A stretch of DNA of 64,000 nucleotides from Methanobacteriota archaeon (GTDB lineage: Archaea; Thermoplasmatota; Thermoplasmata; RBG-16-68-12). The notes beneath the pieces were generated by a model. It saw nothing but the letters and a program-made list of their open reading frames with translations. It was not told the origin of the DNA and ran no database searches. Both the position numbers and the translations under genes were made by a program. This document shows, piece by piece, positions 8,232 through 17,593 of this stretch; the stretch's first letter is position 1; the number at the start of each line of letters is the position of its first letter. The DNA lies in assembly GCA_947084985.1 (NCBI GenBank), contig CAMTUI010000018.1:36868-100867 (forward strand), in the 5' to 3' direction.

Positions 8232-8852
8232 GTGTCGACCCCCAGCTATGACCAGCTCCTGCAACGCGCGAAGCAGGCCCTCCCTGAAGCCCTGAGCAGC
8301 GGCGAACGCTTCCAGGTGCCGGCACCGGAAATCGTCTTCGAGGGGAAGACGACAATCCTCCGCAATTTCGAGGACATCGTGAACGCGATCCGGCGGGACT
8401 CGAACATGGTCCTGACCTATCTGCTCCGGGAGCTCGGGACGGCGGGGACGCTCGACGGTCGCCGCGTTGTGTTCAAAAGCAAGGTGACGGCCCAGCAGGT
8501 CGAGGACCGCGTCAAGTCGTACGTGGAGGCGTACGTCCTCTGCCAGGAATGCGGCCGGCCGGACACGCGCCTCGTGAAGGAAGACCGCATCGCGATGCTC
8601 GAGTGCGACGCGTGCGGCGCCCGGCGGCCCGTGAAGGCCGTGAAGAAGGCCGCGAAGGTCGAAGAGGCGCCCCTCGTCGAGGGGAAGGTCTACGAGCTCA
8701 TGATCCAGGACATCGGGAAGAAGGGCGACGGGATCGCGAAGCTCGACAAGTACGTCATCTACGTCCCCGGGACGGCGAAGGGCGCGATCGTGAAGGTGCA
8801 CATCGAGAAAATCGCCGGCACAGTGGCGTTCGGGCGCGTGGTGCGGGAGTAG
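8232..8852 (+). CDS. eif2b: Translation initiation factor aIF2 beta subunit fused to a C-terminal TRAM domain
   Basis: GTG 8232 lies in the frame of track ORF 7905..8852. aIF2-beta core 'LTYLLRELGTAGTLDG', zinc ribbon 'CQECGRPDT..CDACG', then 'GKVYELMIQDIGKKGDGIAKLDKYVIYVPGTAKGAIVKVHIEKI' (TRAM-like). Confidence 0.85.
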   Translation: MSTPSYDQLLQRAKQALPEALSSGERFQVPAPEIVFEGKTTILRNFEDIVNAIRRDSNMVLTYLLRELGTAGTLDGRRVVFKSKVTAQQVEDRVKSYVEAYVLCQECGRPDTRLVKEDRIAMLECDACGARRPVKAVKKAAKVEEAPLVEGKVYELMIQDIGKKGDGIAKLDKYVIYVPGTAKGAIVKVHIEKIAGTVAFGRVVRE

Positions 8853-8859
8853 GCGGCGC

Positions 8860-9813
8860 ATGCGCCGGGAGCTCGGGTCCGTCGCGGCCATGGCAGGCAT
8901 CTTCGTCGGGTGCCAGGTCGTCGCCCTCGCCCTCGCGCCTCTGTTCGCGTTCGGCGGCTTCCAAGCGTTCCAGGACCCGGAGGACGTCACGAACACGGCC
9001 GTGTACATCGTGATGATCCTAGTCTTCACAGCCGTCATACTGGGCCTCGTCCGCTACCGACGTCAGCAGATCGCAAGGTACGTGATCATCGGGTCCATTT
9101 TCGTCACCTTGGCGTTCATCCTCCTGCTGCCGATCTTCTTCGCCATCGACGCGCTCGGAGGCGGCGCGATCGCCCTCGACACGGAGGCGAACCTCGCGAC
9201 GGTCATCGCCTTCGCCGTCGCCGCGGGCCTCGTGTATCTCCTCGTGAAGTACCCGGAATGGTACGTCGTGGACGCGATTGGCATCACGACGGCGGCCGGG
9301 GTCACGGCGATCCTCGGGATCTCATTCGGCACGGTCCCGGCAATCCTTCTCCTGCTCGGCCTCGCCATCTACGACGCTTGGGCCGTGTACCGCACGAAAC
9401 ACATGATCACACTCGCGGACGAGCTGACGAACCAGAAGCTGCCGATCCTGCTCGTCATTCCGAAGAAGGCGGGCTACTCGTTCCGAGAGCAGAAGCGGTT
9501 GAAGCAGCAGATTGCATCGGGCGAAGAACGGGAGGCGATGTTCGTCGGCCTCGGGGACCTCATCATCCCAGGGATCCTGAGCGTCTCCGCCTTCACGTTC
9601 TCGTCCCCGTCCGGCGGCTCGTTCCTCGGGCTCCTGTCGAACGAGCTGACTGCAGTCGGGACAATCCTCGGCAGCCTCGTCGGGTTCCTGATCCTGATGC
9701 GGTTCGTCCTCAAGGGGAATCCTCAGGCGGGTCTTCCGCTGCTCAATGGCGGGGCCGTCCTCGGGTTCCTCCTGACAAACTTCCTCGTGTACGGATACCT
9801 GAACGTCTTCTAG
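8860..9813 (+). CDS. Presenilin / signal-peptide-peptidase-like intramembrane aspartyl protease (A22 family)
   Basis: Polytopic membrane protein with 'LAIYDAWAVY' (YD) and 'FVGLGDLIIPG' (GxGD) catalytic motifs. 317 aa. Confidence 0.8.
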   Translation: MRRELGSVAAMAGIFVGCQVVALALAPLFAFGGFQAFQDPEDVTNTAVYIVMILVFTAVILGLVRYRRQQIARYVIIGSIFVTLAFILLLPIFFAIDALGGGAIALDTEANLATVIAFAVAAGLVYLLVKYPEWYVVDAIGITTAAGVTAILGISFGTVPAILLLLGLAIYDAWAVYRTKHMITLADELTNQKLPILLVIPKKAGYSFREQKRLKQQIASGEEREAMFVGLGDLIIPGILSVSAFTFSSPSGGSFLGLLSNELTAVGTILGSLVGFLILMRFVLKGNPQAGLPLLNGGAVLGFLLTNFLVYGYLNVF

Positions 9814-9870
9814 CGCGCCGCAACGGTCATATAGCGCGCATTCCTTGGGACCGTTCCTCCGAGGACGACG

Positions 9871-10269
9871 ATGGCCCTTTGGCAAGGACGCTCGAAGCGC
9901 AAGCCGACCGGCGGCCGGTATCGGCCGATCCGCAAGAAGCGGAAGCGGGAGATCGGCCGGGAGCAGCAGTACGCGTTCGTTGGCTCGACGCGCCTCAAGC
10001 TCTATCGAACGAAAGGGGCGAACCGGAAGGTCTGCGTCCTGAGCGCCGAGGTCGCGAACGTCCTCGACCGCCGCACCGCCGCAACCAAGAAAGTCAAGAT
10101 CGTCACCGTGAAGGCGAATCCGGCGAACCCGAATTTCGTCACGCGGAACATCATCACGAAGGGCGCGACAATCCAGACGGAAATCGGGCTCGCGCGCGTA
10201 ACATCCCGGCCGGGCCAGGACGGCGTGATCAACGCGGTTCTCCTGCCGGAACCGAAGGCCTCGAGCTAG
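9871..10269 (+). CDS. rps8e: 30S ribosomal protein S8e
   Basis: '[31 protein letters not shown]', 132 aa. Confidence 0.93.
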   Translation: MALWQGRSKRKPTGGRYRPIRKKRKREIGREQQYAFVGSTRLKLYRTKGANRKVCVLSAEVANVLDRRTAATKKVKIVTVKANPANPNFVTRNIITKGATIQTEIGLARVTSRPGQDGVINAVLLPEPKASS

Positions 10270-10323
10270 GCCCGCCGCCCATTCCGGCGTGGCTTTATCC
10301 CCCCTCCAAGGCTTTGGAGTGCG

Positions 10324-11253
10324 GTGGACCCGCTCGACGTCAAGATCATCCGGACGATGGGTCTCCGGCCCTACGGCCATTCGCCACAGGGTACCGACCG
10401 TCTGAAACCCTCGTACATCGCCGCCCGCCTCGGCGTCGAGCCGGAGACCGTGAAGGCCCGCCTCGCGCGCATGGAGAAGACGGGTTTCATCCGTTTCTAC
10501 CAAGTGTACCCGAACTTCCGGCATTTCGGCCTCCGTGCTTCCGCGTATCTCTTCCGTATTCCGGACGAGGACCGCAAGTCCGAGGCCATCCGCAGGGTCG
10601 AACCCATTGATGGCCTCGTCGAGATCCACAACTTCCTCGGGGCCGAGATGTGCGTGGACCTCTCCTACAAGGCACCTCTCGACCTCAGCAAGAAGCTGCG
10701 GCTGCTGGCGGACATCACGGGCGACGCCGGGTCCGTTCACTTCTACGACCGGTACATGCCCGAGGTCGAGAGGCCCCTGACGGCCCTCGACTGGCGAATC
10801 TTGAAAGCCCTCCGTTATCGGGCGCGCCGTCCGCTTGCGGATGTGGCGAAGGAGACCAAGGTGAGTCTCAAGACCGTGAGGCGGCGGTTCGACGGCATGG
10901 CCGAGGAGGGGAGCTTCTTCATCGTCCCGGCCGTGGACCCGGGCAAGGCAGCCGGCATCATCCTCTACGAGTTGCTCTTCTACACGAACCCCGACGCGGA
11001 CCGCGTCACCGTGGACCGCATCCTCGAGAAGTGCGCGGAACGGTACATCTACCACTACGTGCCCGCATCGCAGGCCCTCGGCAACTTCGACGTGCTGCTG
11101 TACGCGGAGTCCACGGGAGAGATCGAGGAAATGCGCCTGCGAGGACGCGAGGTCTCGGGGGTTGCCCGGGTGAGCGCCTTGGTGTTCCGAGGGTGGGCGG
11201 AGTACACGGATTGGATCGACGCCGCAATCGAAGACCGGATTCACGGCGGTTGA
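10324..11253 (+). CDS. Lrp/AsnC-family transcriptional regulator with two tandem HTH + effector-domain modules
   Basis: GTG start. First module 'LDVKIIRTM...IAARLGVEPETVKARLARMEKTGFI'; second module 'LDWRILKALRYRARRPLADVAKETKVSLKTVRRRFDGMAEEG'. 309 aa. Confidence 0.7.
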   Translation: MDPLDVKIIRTMGLRPYGHSPQGTDRLKPSYIAARLGVEPETVKARLARMEKTGFIRFYQVYPNFRHFGLRASAYLFRIPDEDRKSEAIRRVEPIDGLVEIHNFLGAEMCVDLSYKAPLDLSKKLRLLADITGDAGSVHFYDRYMPEVERPLTALDWRILKALRYRARRPLADVAKETKVSLKTVRRRFDGMAEEGSFFIVPAVDPGKAAGIILYELLFYTNPDADRVTVDRILEKCAERYIYHYVPASQALGNFDVLLYAESTGEIEEMRLRGREVSGVARVSALVFRGWAEYTDWIDAAIEDRIHGG

Positions 11254-11375
11254 CCCGAATGGGGAATGCTTCTCGGAAAAAGGGACACGCTGCCGAGATC
11301 GCCGACCCGTATGCCGGCGGCGATTTCCACCAGTCCCTTGGCCCTCTCGAGCCCTCTCCGCACCCGGTGATTCAC

Positions 11376-11951
11376 ATGGCGCAAAGCACAACGAGCATCG
11401 TGAATGGAATCGACACGCAGGCCCTGGGCCAGATTATGGAGGCAGTGAAACAGACCCCCGAGATCGCGCGAGCGCGGTTCGTGGTCGAGTCGGTCACCGA
11501 GCGAGGGTTCAACACCCGCTCGAGGACGCTGCAGCCGACGCTCGGCGGCGCGCCGATCGCCGGCCGGAAGCAGACCTTCACCTTCGAGGGGGGACATCCA
11601 CCGGAACTCCTCGGTCATGACGAGGGGGCGGCGGCGGTCGAGACCCTGCTCGCCTCTCTGGGCGCCTGCATCGGAGGAGGGTTCACCACCTTCGGAGCAG
11701 CCCTGGGGATCCCGGTCGAGCGTGTCCGGATCGAGCTGACGGGCTACCTGGATCTCCAGGGGTTCATGGGCCTCCCCGCCCCGGGCGTCGTCCGGCCCGG
11801 CTACGAGAGGATTCACGCGAAGGTCGTCGTCAAGAGCCGCGCTCCCCGAGCGGACCTGGAGAAACTCAAGGACGTGGCGGAATCCGCGTCGCCGGTCAAG
11901 GACAGCCTGCGTGCGGTCCCCTACACGAGCGAACTCATCGTCGAGTCGTGA
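11376..11951 (+). CDS. OsmC-family peroxiredoxin-like protein
   Basis: ATG 11376 lies in the frame of track ORF 10650..11951. 'ETLLASLGACIGGGF' and the C-terminal 'SPVKDSL' are typical of OsmC/Ohr. Confidence 0.75.
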   Translation: MAQSTTSIVNGIDTQALGQIMEAVKQTPEIARARFVVESVTERGFNTRSRTLQPTLGGAPIAGRKQTFTFEGGHPPELLGHDEGAAAVETLLASLGACIGGGFTTFGAALGIPVERVRIELTGYLDLQGFMGLPAPGVVRPGYERIHAKVVVKSRAPRADLEKLKDVAESASPVKDSLRAVPYTSELIVES

Positions 11952-12032
11952 GAGACAATCTCCTGCGGGCCCAACTTGGGCCCGACCCATCCTTTCGTGG
12001 GAGTCCATGGACCCCGCGTCCAGGCCGCGTCC

Positions 12033-13346
12033 TCATTCCGCGGACCGCGTGATCCCGACGTCCTTGATAAGGGCGTAGGGCACGAAGTTCGGCACGCTGA
12101 CCTCGATCCACCACATCATCTGTTCCGCCTTGTTGCTCAGGGCGACGATGCTCTTCATCATCCGGAGCAGGTTGTCCGTGACGCGGATGTCCTTCCACGA
12201 CTCGACGACCTCCCCCTTGCGGATGTGGAAGATCCCATCGCGCGGGATCGTCGAGAGGTCGCCGCTCAAGTACGACTGGTAGCGCGTGTACCAGGTGTTC
12301 GTGAGCCACAGACCATCCTTGACCTCCGAGAAAATCTCGTCCCGGGTCCAGTCTCCTGGCTTCACGAAGATCGCATGGGGCGCGGGGAAGACCAGTCCCG
12401 CGTTGCCCGTCGTCCGGGTCTTGAACTTCTTGGCGGTCGATGTGTTGTGGAGGTACGTCTTGAGCACGCCCTTCTGGATGAGCGTGTTGCGACGCGTCGG
12501 CACGCCCTCCGCGTCGAACCGCTTGTGGCCGATCGAGTCCGTGGAGCCGTCCTCGATCATCGTGACGGCGGGAGATGCCACCCGCTTCCCGATCTTCTTG
12601 CCGAACGGCGAGAGTCCCGCCATGACGGCCCAGGCGCTCAGGCGTCCGCCGACCTGGCCCGCCAGGGACCCGAAGACGAGCGGGTCGAAGACGACCATGT
12701 ACCGGCCCGCTTTCCCGGGCTTCGGGTTCCTTGCGAGGGCCGCGATCCGGCCTGCCTTGTGACCCGCCTTCTCCGGTTCAAAGCGGGAGAGCTTCGTGGC
12801 GCACGCGATCCCGTGCCCGCTCGACTCCAGGGAAACGAGCGCGCGGATCGACAGGTAGAGACTCGCCCGATGGTCATGGGCCGCGATCCCGTTTGACGTG
12901 GCCAAGAAGTGCTCGACATCGTACTTCCAGAAGGATCCGGCGCATTCTTTCGCACCTTCGTCGAGCGCCCCGCCTACGGCCGCCTCGACGTACCTCCCGC
13001 CCTCATCGAGGGCGAGGACCTTGGGATCGGGCCGGCTGCGCGCATACTTGAACGGCCCCTTCGCGATGCCCGCGTAGTCGGGGTTCTGTTGCGACCCCTT
13101 CGCAATCTTCACGAGGCGTTCGACCGCCTCGTCGACCTTCGTGAGGTCCTTGATGTCGCTCGTGAGGACCCGCTTCTCGTACACGAAGAACACGGACGCG
13201 GTCTTCTCGCGCCACCGATTGCTAATGACGGCCTCGTTGCGGGCGAAGCGAATCTGGTACGACCGGTTTGTGACAACGTCCGCGACCGCGTCCTGGCAGC
13301 CGAGGGACAGGGCCTTCTGGACGATCCGGGAAGCGAGATCTTCCAT
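12033..13346 (-). CDS. pmbA: TldE/PmbA-family metalloprotease subunit
   Basis: 437 aa. It lies 4 nt downstream of tldD on the same strand and has the PmbA_TldD fold signature 'LWLTNTWYTRYQ'. Confidence 0.85.
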   Translation of the reverse strand: MEDLASRIVQKALSLGCQDAVADVVTNRSYQIRFARNEAVISNRWREKTASVFFVYEKRVLTSDIKDLTKVDEAVERLVKIAKGSQQNPDYAGIAKGPFKYARSRPDPKVLALDEGGRYVEAAVGGALDEGAKECAGSFWKYDVEHFLATSNGIAAHDHRASLYLSIRALVSLESSGHGIACATKLSRFEPEKAGHKAGRIAALARNPKPGKAGRYMVVFDPLVFGSLAGQVGGRLSAWAVMAGLSPFGKKIGKRVASPAVTMIEDGSTDSIGHKRFDAEGVPTRRNTLIQKGVLKTYLHNTSTAKKFKTRTTGNAGLVFPAPHAIFVKPGDWTRDEIFSEVKDGLWLTNTWYTRYQSYLSGDLSTIPRDGIFHIRKGEVVESWKDIRVTDNLLRMMKSIVALSNKAEQMMWWIEVSVPNFVPYALIKDVGITRSAE

Positions 13347-13350
13347 GGGA

Positions 13351-14766
13351 TCACCTCAGGTAGACGTTCCGTAGGCGAATCGTCGGTCCGCCCAGGCTCG
13401 CGTCGAGCGCCTGGCCGGGATCGGACTTCCCGCAGAACCCGGCCTCGAATTCGAGATCCTTCCCGACCGCATCGACCGCAGACCAGAACGCGGGGGTCGT
13501 GAGCTCGATGATCGTGTTGCGGACCGGATGCTTGATCTCCCCATTCTCGACGACGTACGCCTCCCGTCCGGCGTACTTTGCGTTGTAGCGCTTGTCGTCG
13601 ATGTTCCACTCCATGAAGCTCTTCATGTAGATGCCGTACTTCACGCCCTCGAGAAGCTCCTCGACGGAGTGGTCTCCAGGCTCGACGAACGTGTTCGCCA
13701 TCCGGACGATCGCCTCGACGTTGTAGTTCACCGCGCGCGCGGCTCCGTTGCTCCGCGTACCCAGGGCGGCCGCGGTCTCCCGATTGTGCAGGAACTCCCC
13801 CACGCGGCCCTCCTTGTAGAGGTAGCGGCGGCGCGCCTTCACGCCTTCGTCGTCCGTGAGGTAGAACGCGATCGCGTGCTCGACGGTCGGATCGTCAACG
13901 ACGTTGACAACCTCGGAACCGACGCGCATCCCGATGCCGTCAGGCGAGATGAAGGACTTCCCCGCCTGGCTCGCCTCGCGTCCGAGGACGCGGTCCGCTT
14001 CCGTCGGGTGGCCGCACGACTCGTGCGAGGCGATCCCCGCGACCTGCGGCCCGGCGACGAGGTCCATCTTGCCCTCCGGGGACTTCTTGCCCTCCGTCAG
14101 GGACTTGTGCATCGAGCGGGCCTCGTCTAGGACGCGGTCCTTGAGGCCCCACGCGCGGATCCCCTCCCAGCCGCCGGACCACCCGTAGTTCCGGTACGTC
14201 TGTTCCGCGTCGCCGCCCTCCACGACCGTCAGGAAGTAGAAGACGCGCAGGCGAGGGCTGTACGACCGGATGCGGGACCCCTCGGAGTTCGCGAAGTACT
14301 TCATGATCCGGTTGCTGCTGAGCTGGAAGTACCGGGCGGCGACCTTGAAGCCGAGCGAGGTGACGGCGCGGTCGACGTCCGCGATCTCGCGGATCTTCTC
14401 CTCGACAGGGACGTCCGCGAGGCGCTTTTCCTCCGGGACGGACCAGTTCATGTCCAGGGTCTGTTCCTGCGCGAAGCGGATCCTCGTCTTCCGCCGGGAG
14501 GCCTTCGCACCTTTCATCGCGTCGTCGACGATCTGCCGGACCGCGCCCTTCGTGAGGTCGTTCGTCGCGGCGAAGCCGAGGGCGCCGTACGCGAGGACCC
14601 GCACGCCCACGCCGCGGTCCTCACCGACGTCTAGGGCGTCGAGGACGCCGTTCTTCAGGATGAAATTCTCGGGCTCCTGACGCTCGAAGCGGGCTTCCGT
14701 GTACTCGGCGCCCTTCTTCCCCGCATAATCGATGGCAAAATCCACGAGGTCCGTTCCCTCATCCAT
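13351..14766 (-). CDS. tldD: TldD-family zinc metalloprotease
   Basis: 471 aa with the 'HESCGHPTEADR' metal-binding motif. Confidence 0.88.
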   Translation of the reverse strand: MDEGTDLVDFAIDYAGKKGAEYTEARFERQEPENFILKNGVLDALDVGEDRGVGVRVLAYGALGFAATNDLTKGAVRQIVDDAMKGAKASRRKTRIRFAQEQTLDMNWSVPEEKRLADVPVEEKIREIADVDRAVTSLGFKVAARYFQLSSNRIMKYFANSEGSRIRSYSPRLRVFYFLTVVEGGDAEQTYRNYGWSGGWEGIRAWGLKDRVLDEARSMHKSLTEGKKSPEGKMDLVAGPQVAGIASHESCGHPTEADRVLGREASQAGKSFISPDGIGMRVGSEVVNVVDDPTVEHAIAFYLTDDEGVKARRRYLYKEGRVGEFLHNRETAAALGTRSNGAARAVNYNVEAIVRMANTFVEPGDHSVEELLEGVKYGIYMKSFMEWNIDDKRYNAKYAGREAYVVENGEIKHPVRNTIIELTTPAFWSAVDAVGKDLEFEAGFCGKSDPGQALDASLGGPTIRLRNVYLR

Positions 14767-14845
14767 GCTCTGCTCCCCCGAAAGCGCGTGGGAGAGAGCG
14801 GGGACGGGAATGAAGATATCGGCCTCCGACGAGCACGCCGCAAAA

Positions 14846-14853
14846 CCTTATTG
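14846..14853 (+). promoter_or_regulatory. TATA-like box (CCTTATTG) about 27 nt upstream of the srp19 ATG, implying a leaderless mRNA
   Basis: It is the only AT-rich octamer in the 110-bp divergent gap, and the spacing to ATG 14877 fits archaeal TATA-to-TSS distance. Confidence 0.45.
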
Positions 14854-14876
14854 CGCGGCGGCCGTTCGGTCGCACG

Positions 14877-15161
14877 ATGCCGAAGGGAGACCGGCCGATC
14901 GTGCTTTACCCGGCGTACTTCGACCTCGGGCGATCGAGGGACGAAGGCCGTCGGGTCGCGAAGAAACTTGCGATCGAGTCGCCGACCGTGGAGGAGATCG
15001 CCTCGGCGGCGAAAGCCCTCGGCCTGCAGCCCCAGGTCGAGGAGGGCAAGGGCTTTCCATCGACGCCCTGGCGGAAGGAGGGCCGCGTCCTCGTCCGCGC
15101 GGACTACTTCAAGACGTCAATCCTCCGCAAGGTCGCCGAACGGATGAAATCGTCTCGATGA
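14877..15161 (+). CDS. srp19: Signal recognition particle protein SRP19
   Basis: 'IVLYPAYFDLGRSRDEGRRV', 94 aa. Confidence 0.9.
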   Translation: MPKGDRPIVLYPAYFDLGRSRDEGRRVAKKLAIESPTVEEIASAAKALGLQPQVEEGKGFPSTPWRKEGRVLVRADYFKTSILRKVAERMKSSR

Positions 15162-15170
15162 GTGCGTCAA

Positions 15171-15590
15171 TCACCCGATGATCCGGTATTCGTCCCAGAC
15201 GATCGCACCTGCCTCGACGGCGTCCGGGACGTCCCGCTGTACGCGGCTGAGATGGGACGTGCCGCTCTTGACCTCCAGGAAGACGACCTCCTCGACGCGG
15301 CCCGCGGAGAGTCCGCGGAAGACGACATAGTCCACCGGGGTCCCGATGAAGCGGATCTCCGTCGGATCGTACGGGAAACCGGACAGGTGCGGGGCGAGCT
15401 CCTCGAGGAAACGGCCCCAGAGGACGGAGCGGCTCCGGCAGGTGGCGTCCTGCCTCGCGGCCTCCTCCCGCTTCCGGAATCCCCATTCGAGTTCGCGCGA
15501 TGTCAGGTATCGTCCGGCCGCAAAGCCGGCGAGCAGGCTCGCGAGAATGGCAGCGATGATTCCGGCAAGCGTCCAGAAATCCACGGGCAC
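15171..15590 (-). CDS. Membrane-anchored endonuclease distantly related to archaeal Holliday junction resolvase (COG4741 / Endonuc_Holl-like)
   Basis: N-terminal TM 'FWTLAGIIAAILASLLAGFAAG', then 'FPYDPTEIRFIGTPVDYVVFRGL...VVFLEVKSGTSHLSRVQ'. The start is taken at GTG 15590 (or 15584). Confidence 0.65.
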   Translation of the reverse strand: MPVDFWTLAGIIAAILASLLAGFAAGRYLTSRELEWGFRKREEAARQDATCRSRSVLWGRFLEELAPHLSGFPYDPTEIRFIGTPVDYVVFRGLSAGRVEEVVFLEVKSGTSHLSRVQRDVPDAVEAGAIVWDEYRIIG

Positions 15591-15669
15591 ACCACGGAAG
15601 CGGCGGATGACCCACGGGGGCTCTTTAAGCGATGCCCCGGGGCGATGAACGCGCACCCAGCTCGATGGA

Positions 15670-15963
15670 TCAACGGTGGTCCTGGCCCGTACGCACATCC
15701 TCGACGAGACGCTTGCCGGAGGACACGAGATCGATGGAGTGGATGACGGCCCCGAGCTCCCGCAAGGTGTCCTCCACGCTCGCGTAGTTGACCGCGGAGC
15801 CCTCGATCGTGACCTTGACGCTCTCTGTCTCTTGGTCCACCTCGTCGAGGGTGCAGCTCACGCCGTCGACGCCCTTCAGCCCACTGAGCCGGAGGGACAT
15901 GTCGATGAGGGACGGTTTGTGGGGTTTCAGCACGTCCAAGACGATGCGTTTGATGTCACTCAC
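15670..15963 (-). CDS. DUF211 (COG1888) family protein
   Basis: 'IKRIVLDVLKPHKPSLIDMSLRLSGLKGVDGVSCTLDEVDQETESVKVTIEG...AVIHSID'. The start is taken at GTG 15963. Confidence 0.75.
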   Translation of the reverse strand: MSDIKRIVLDVLKPHKPSLIDMSLRLSGLKGVDGVSCTLDEVDQETESVKVTIEGSAVNYASVEDTLRELGAVIHSIDLVSSGKRLVEDVRTGQDHR

Positions 15964-16036
15964 AGACCGCCCACTCCGGGGTCTGTGCCGATGGAGGAGT
16001 CCGATAATAAACGTTCCGAACTGGCAACACGGGCTC

Positions 16037-16924
16037 TCACGCCGTCGTGACGTCGGCACCTGCCGCGTCCACGATCATCGTGTGCTCGGTCTGGGAGACG
16101 ATCCCGCCGCCGACGTCCAGGAGCGCGGGATAGGTCATTGCGACACGTCTGCGGACGAGCTGGTTCAGGAGAGCGGGTGCACGGGAGTCAAGCCGGTAGG
16201 CCCAGCGCTCCGCGAAGGGGAGGGTCCGGAACTCCGCGACGAGGGCGTTCAAAAAGCCGTCGAGCGCGGAATCGTGGACCGGTTTCGGCTTCAAGATCCG
16301 ATAGATGTTGCCCGTCCGCCGCCCGTCGACCTGGCCCGCCCCGGCCGACGCGAAGGGCTCGATCGCGACGACCTCCCCTTCTTGAATGACGTCATGGCCA
16401 TGCGGGATGTTCGGCACGCTCTTGCCCGCATGGAGGACGTACCGCTCGATCGTGTGGCCCGTGAGGTTCCGCACGGGCTTGTAACCGTGGGACTCGATCG
16501 CCCGCTGGATCCCCTCGCCGATGGTCCGCGTCGAGACACCCGGCCGGACCGCCTCGATCGCGGTCTGGAGAGCAAGCTCGGAGGCCCGGATGAGGGGCGT
16601 CCAATTGCGCGTTCCGACCTCCACGGTCACGGCCGTGTCGGCGATCCAGCCGTCCAGGTGGGCTCCGATGTCTAGCTTGACGACGTTCCCGCGGCGAAAT
16701 CGGAGCGAATCGTCATGGGTCGGTGAATAGTGCGCCGCCACGGTGTCGATCGAGATGCATGTTGGGAATGCGGGCCGGAGCCCGCGCCTTCGCATGAGAT
16801 CCTCGACCTCCTCGGCGACGTCGAGGAGGAGTGCGCCTTCCACGGCGAGTTCCGCGGCGCGTCCCCGGGCTTCCTTCGACGCCCGTCCGACACGCCGCAA
16901 CGTCTCCCGCACATCTTCGTTCAT
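16037..16924 (-). CDS. map: Methionine aminopeptidase, type 2 (archaeal)
   Basis: 295 aa. 'VVKLDIGAHLDGWIADTAVTV' and 'LTGHTIERYVLHAGKSVPN'. Confidence 0.92.
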   Translation of the reverse strand: MNEDVRETLRRVGRASKEARGRAAELAVEGALLLDVAEEVEDLMRRRGLRPAFPTCISIDTVAAHYSPTHDDSLRFRRGNVVKLDIGAHLDGWIADTAVTVEVGTRNWTPLIRASELALQTAIEAVRPGVSTRTIGEGIQRAIESHGYKPVRNLTGHTIERYVLHAGKSVPNIPHGHDVIQEGEVVAIEPFASAGAGQVDGRRTGNIYRILKPKPVHDSALDGFLNALVAEFRTLPFAERWAYRLDSRAPALLNQLVRRRVAMTYPALLDVGGGIVSQTEHTMIVDAAGADVTTA

Positions 16925-16927
16925 GAC

Positions 16928-17593
16928 CTACGTCCCCGTCGGAAGGACGCCTTGCCTAAGGACCTTCGCCCGTGAGCCGCTGAGGTCGACGATCGTCGAT
17001 TCCCCGCCGAGCGGCGTCGGACCTCCGTCGATGTAGAGGTCCACGGTATCCCCGAGCTGTTCCCGAGCCTCCGTGCAGGTGAGGGGCGCGGGCTGCCCAT
17101 GGCGATTCGCGCTCGTCGAGGTGACGGGGCCGAAGGCCTTCGCGAGGAGACGCGGGATCGGATGGCCGGGGAGGCGGAGGGCGATGTGGTCCATTCGGGA
17201 GACGACCGCCCGGGGGGCCTCGGCCGTTGCACTCAGGACAATCGTGAAGGGTCCCGGCAGGTTCTTGGCACAGAAAGCCTCCGCAATCGGCGTCCGTACG
17301 CCGAACCGAAAGAGGTCCGCGGCTTCCGCCACGGTCATGGAGACCGGTTGGTCTCGCGGACGCGACTTCGCGCGGAACAGCCGATCGACGGCGGCCTCCT
17401 GGAACGGGTCCGCTGCGATGCCGTACACCGTATCCGTCGGATAGACCACGAGACCGCCCCGCGCAAGGACGTCGCGGATCCGTCCGAGGGCGCGTGCGTC
17501 GAGCACGAACTTCGTCCCCAGGGACGTCGCGACGATCGTGTCCGCCACGCCTGCGACAAGGTCGGACGGGCTAAAGGATTTCGCGGCGGTCAA
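16928..17593 (-). CDS. L-threonylcarbamoyladenylate synthase (YrdC/Sua5 family, YrdC domain only)
   Basis: 'GGLVVYPTDTVYGIAADP', 'RLFRAKSRPRDQPVS', 'TSTSANRHGQP'. The start is taken at TTG 17593, overlapping the upstream NUDIX stop (TTGA). The upstream part of the track ORF overlaps that NUDIX gene. Confidence 0.85.
   Translation of the reverse strand: MTAAKSFSPSDLVAGVADTIVATSLGTKFVLDARALGRIRDVLARGGLVVYPTDTVYGIAADPFQEAAVDRLFRAKSRPRDQPVSMTVAEAADLFRFGVRTPIAEAFCAKNLPGPFTIVLSATAEAPRAVVSRMDHIALRLPGHPIPRLLAKAFGPVTSTSANRHGQPAPLTCTEAREQLGDTVDLYIDGGPTPLGGESTIVDLSGSRAKVLRQGVLPTGT

Noticed and set aside
12033-14766. TldD/PmbA pair as part of a microcin-like peptide maturation system.
   Set aside because: There is no precursor-peptide gene, cyclodehydratase or exporter nearby. 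The pair is a widespread housekeeping protease module in archaea. Neighbours (OsmC, SRP19) are unrelated.
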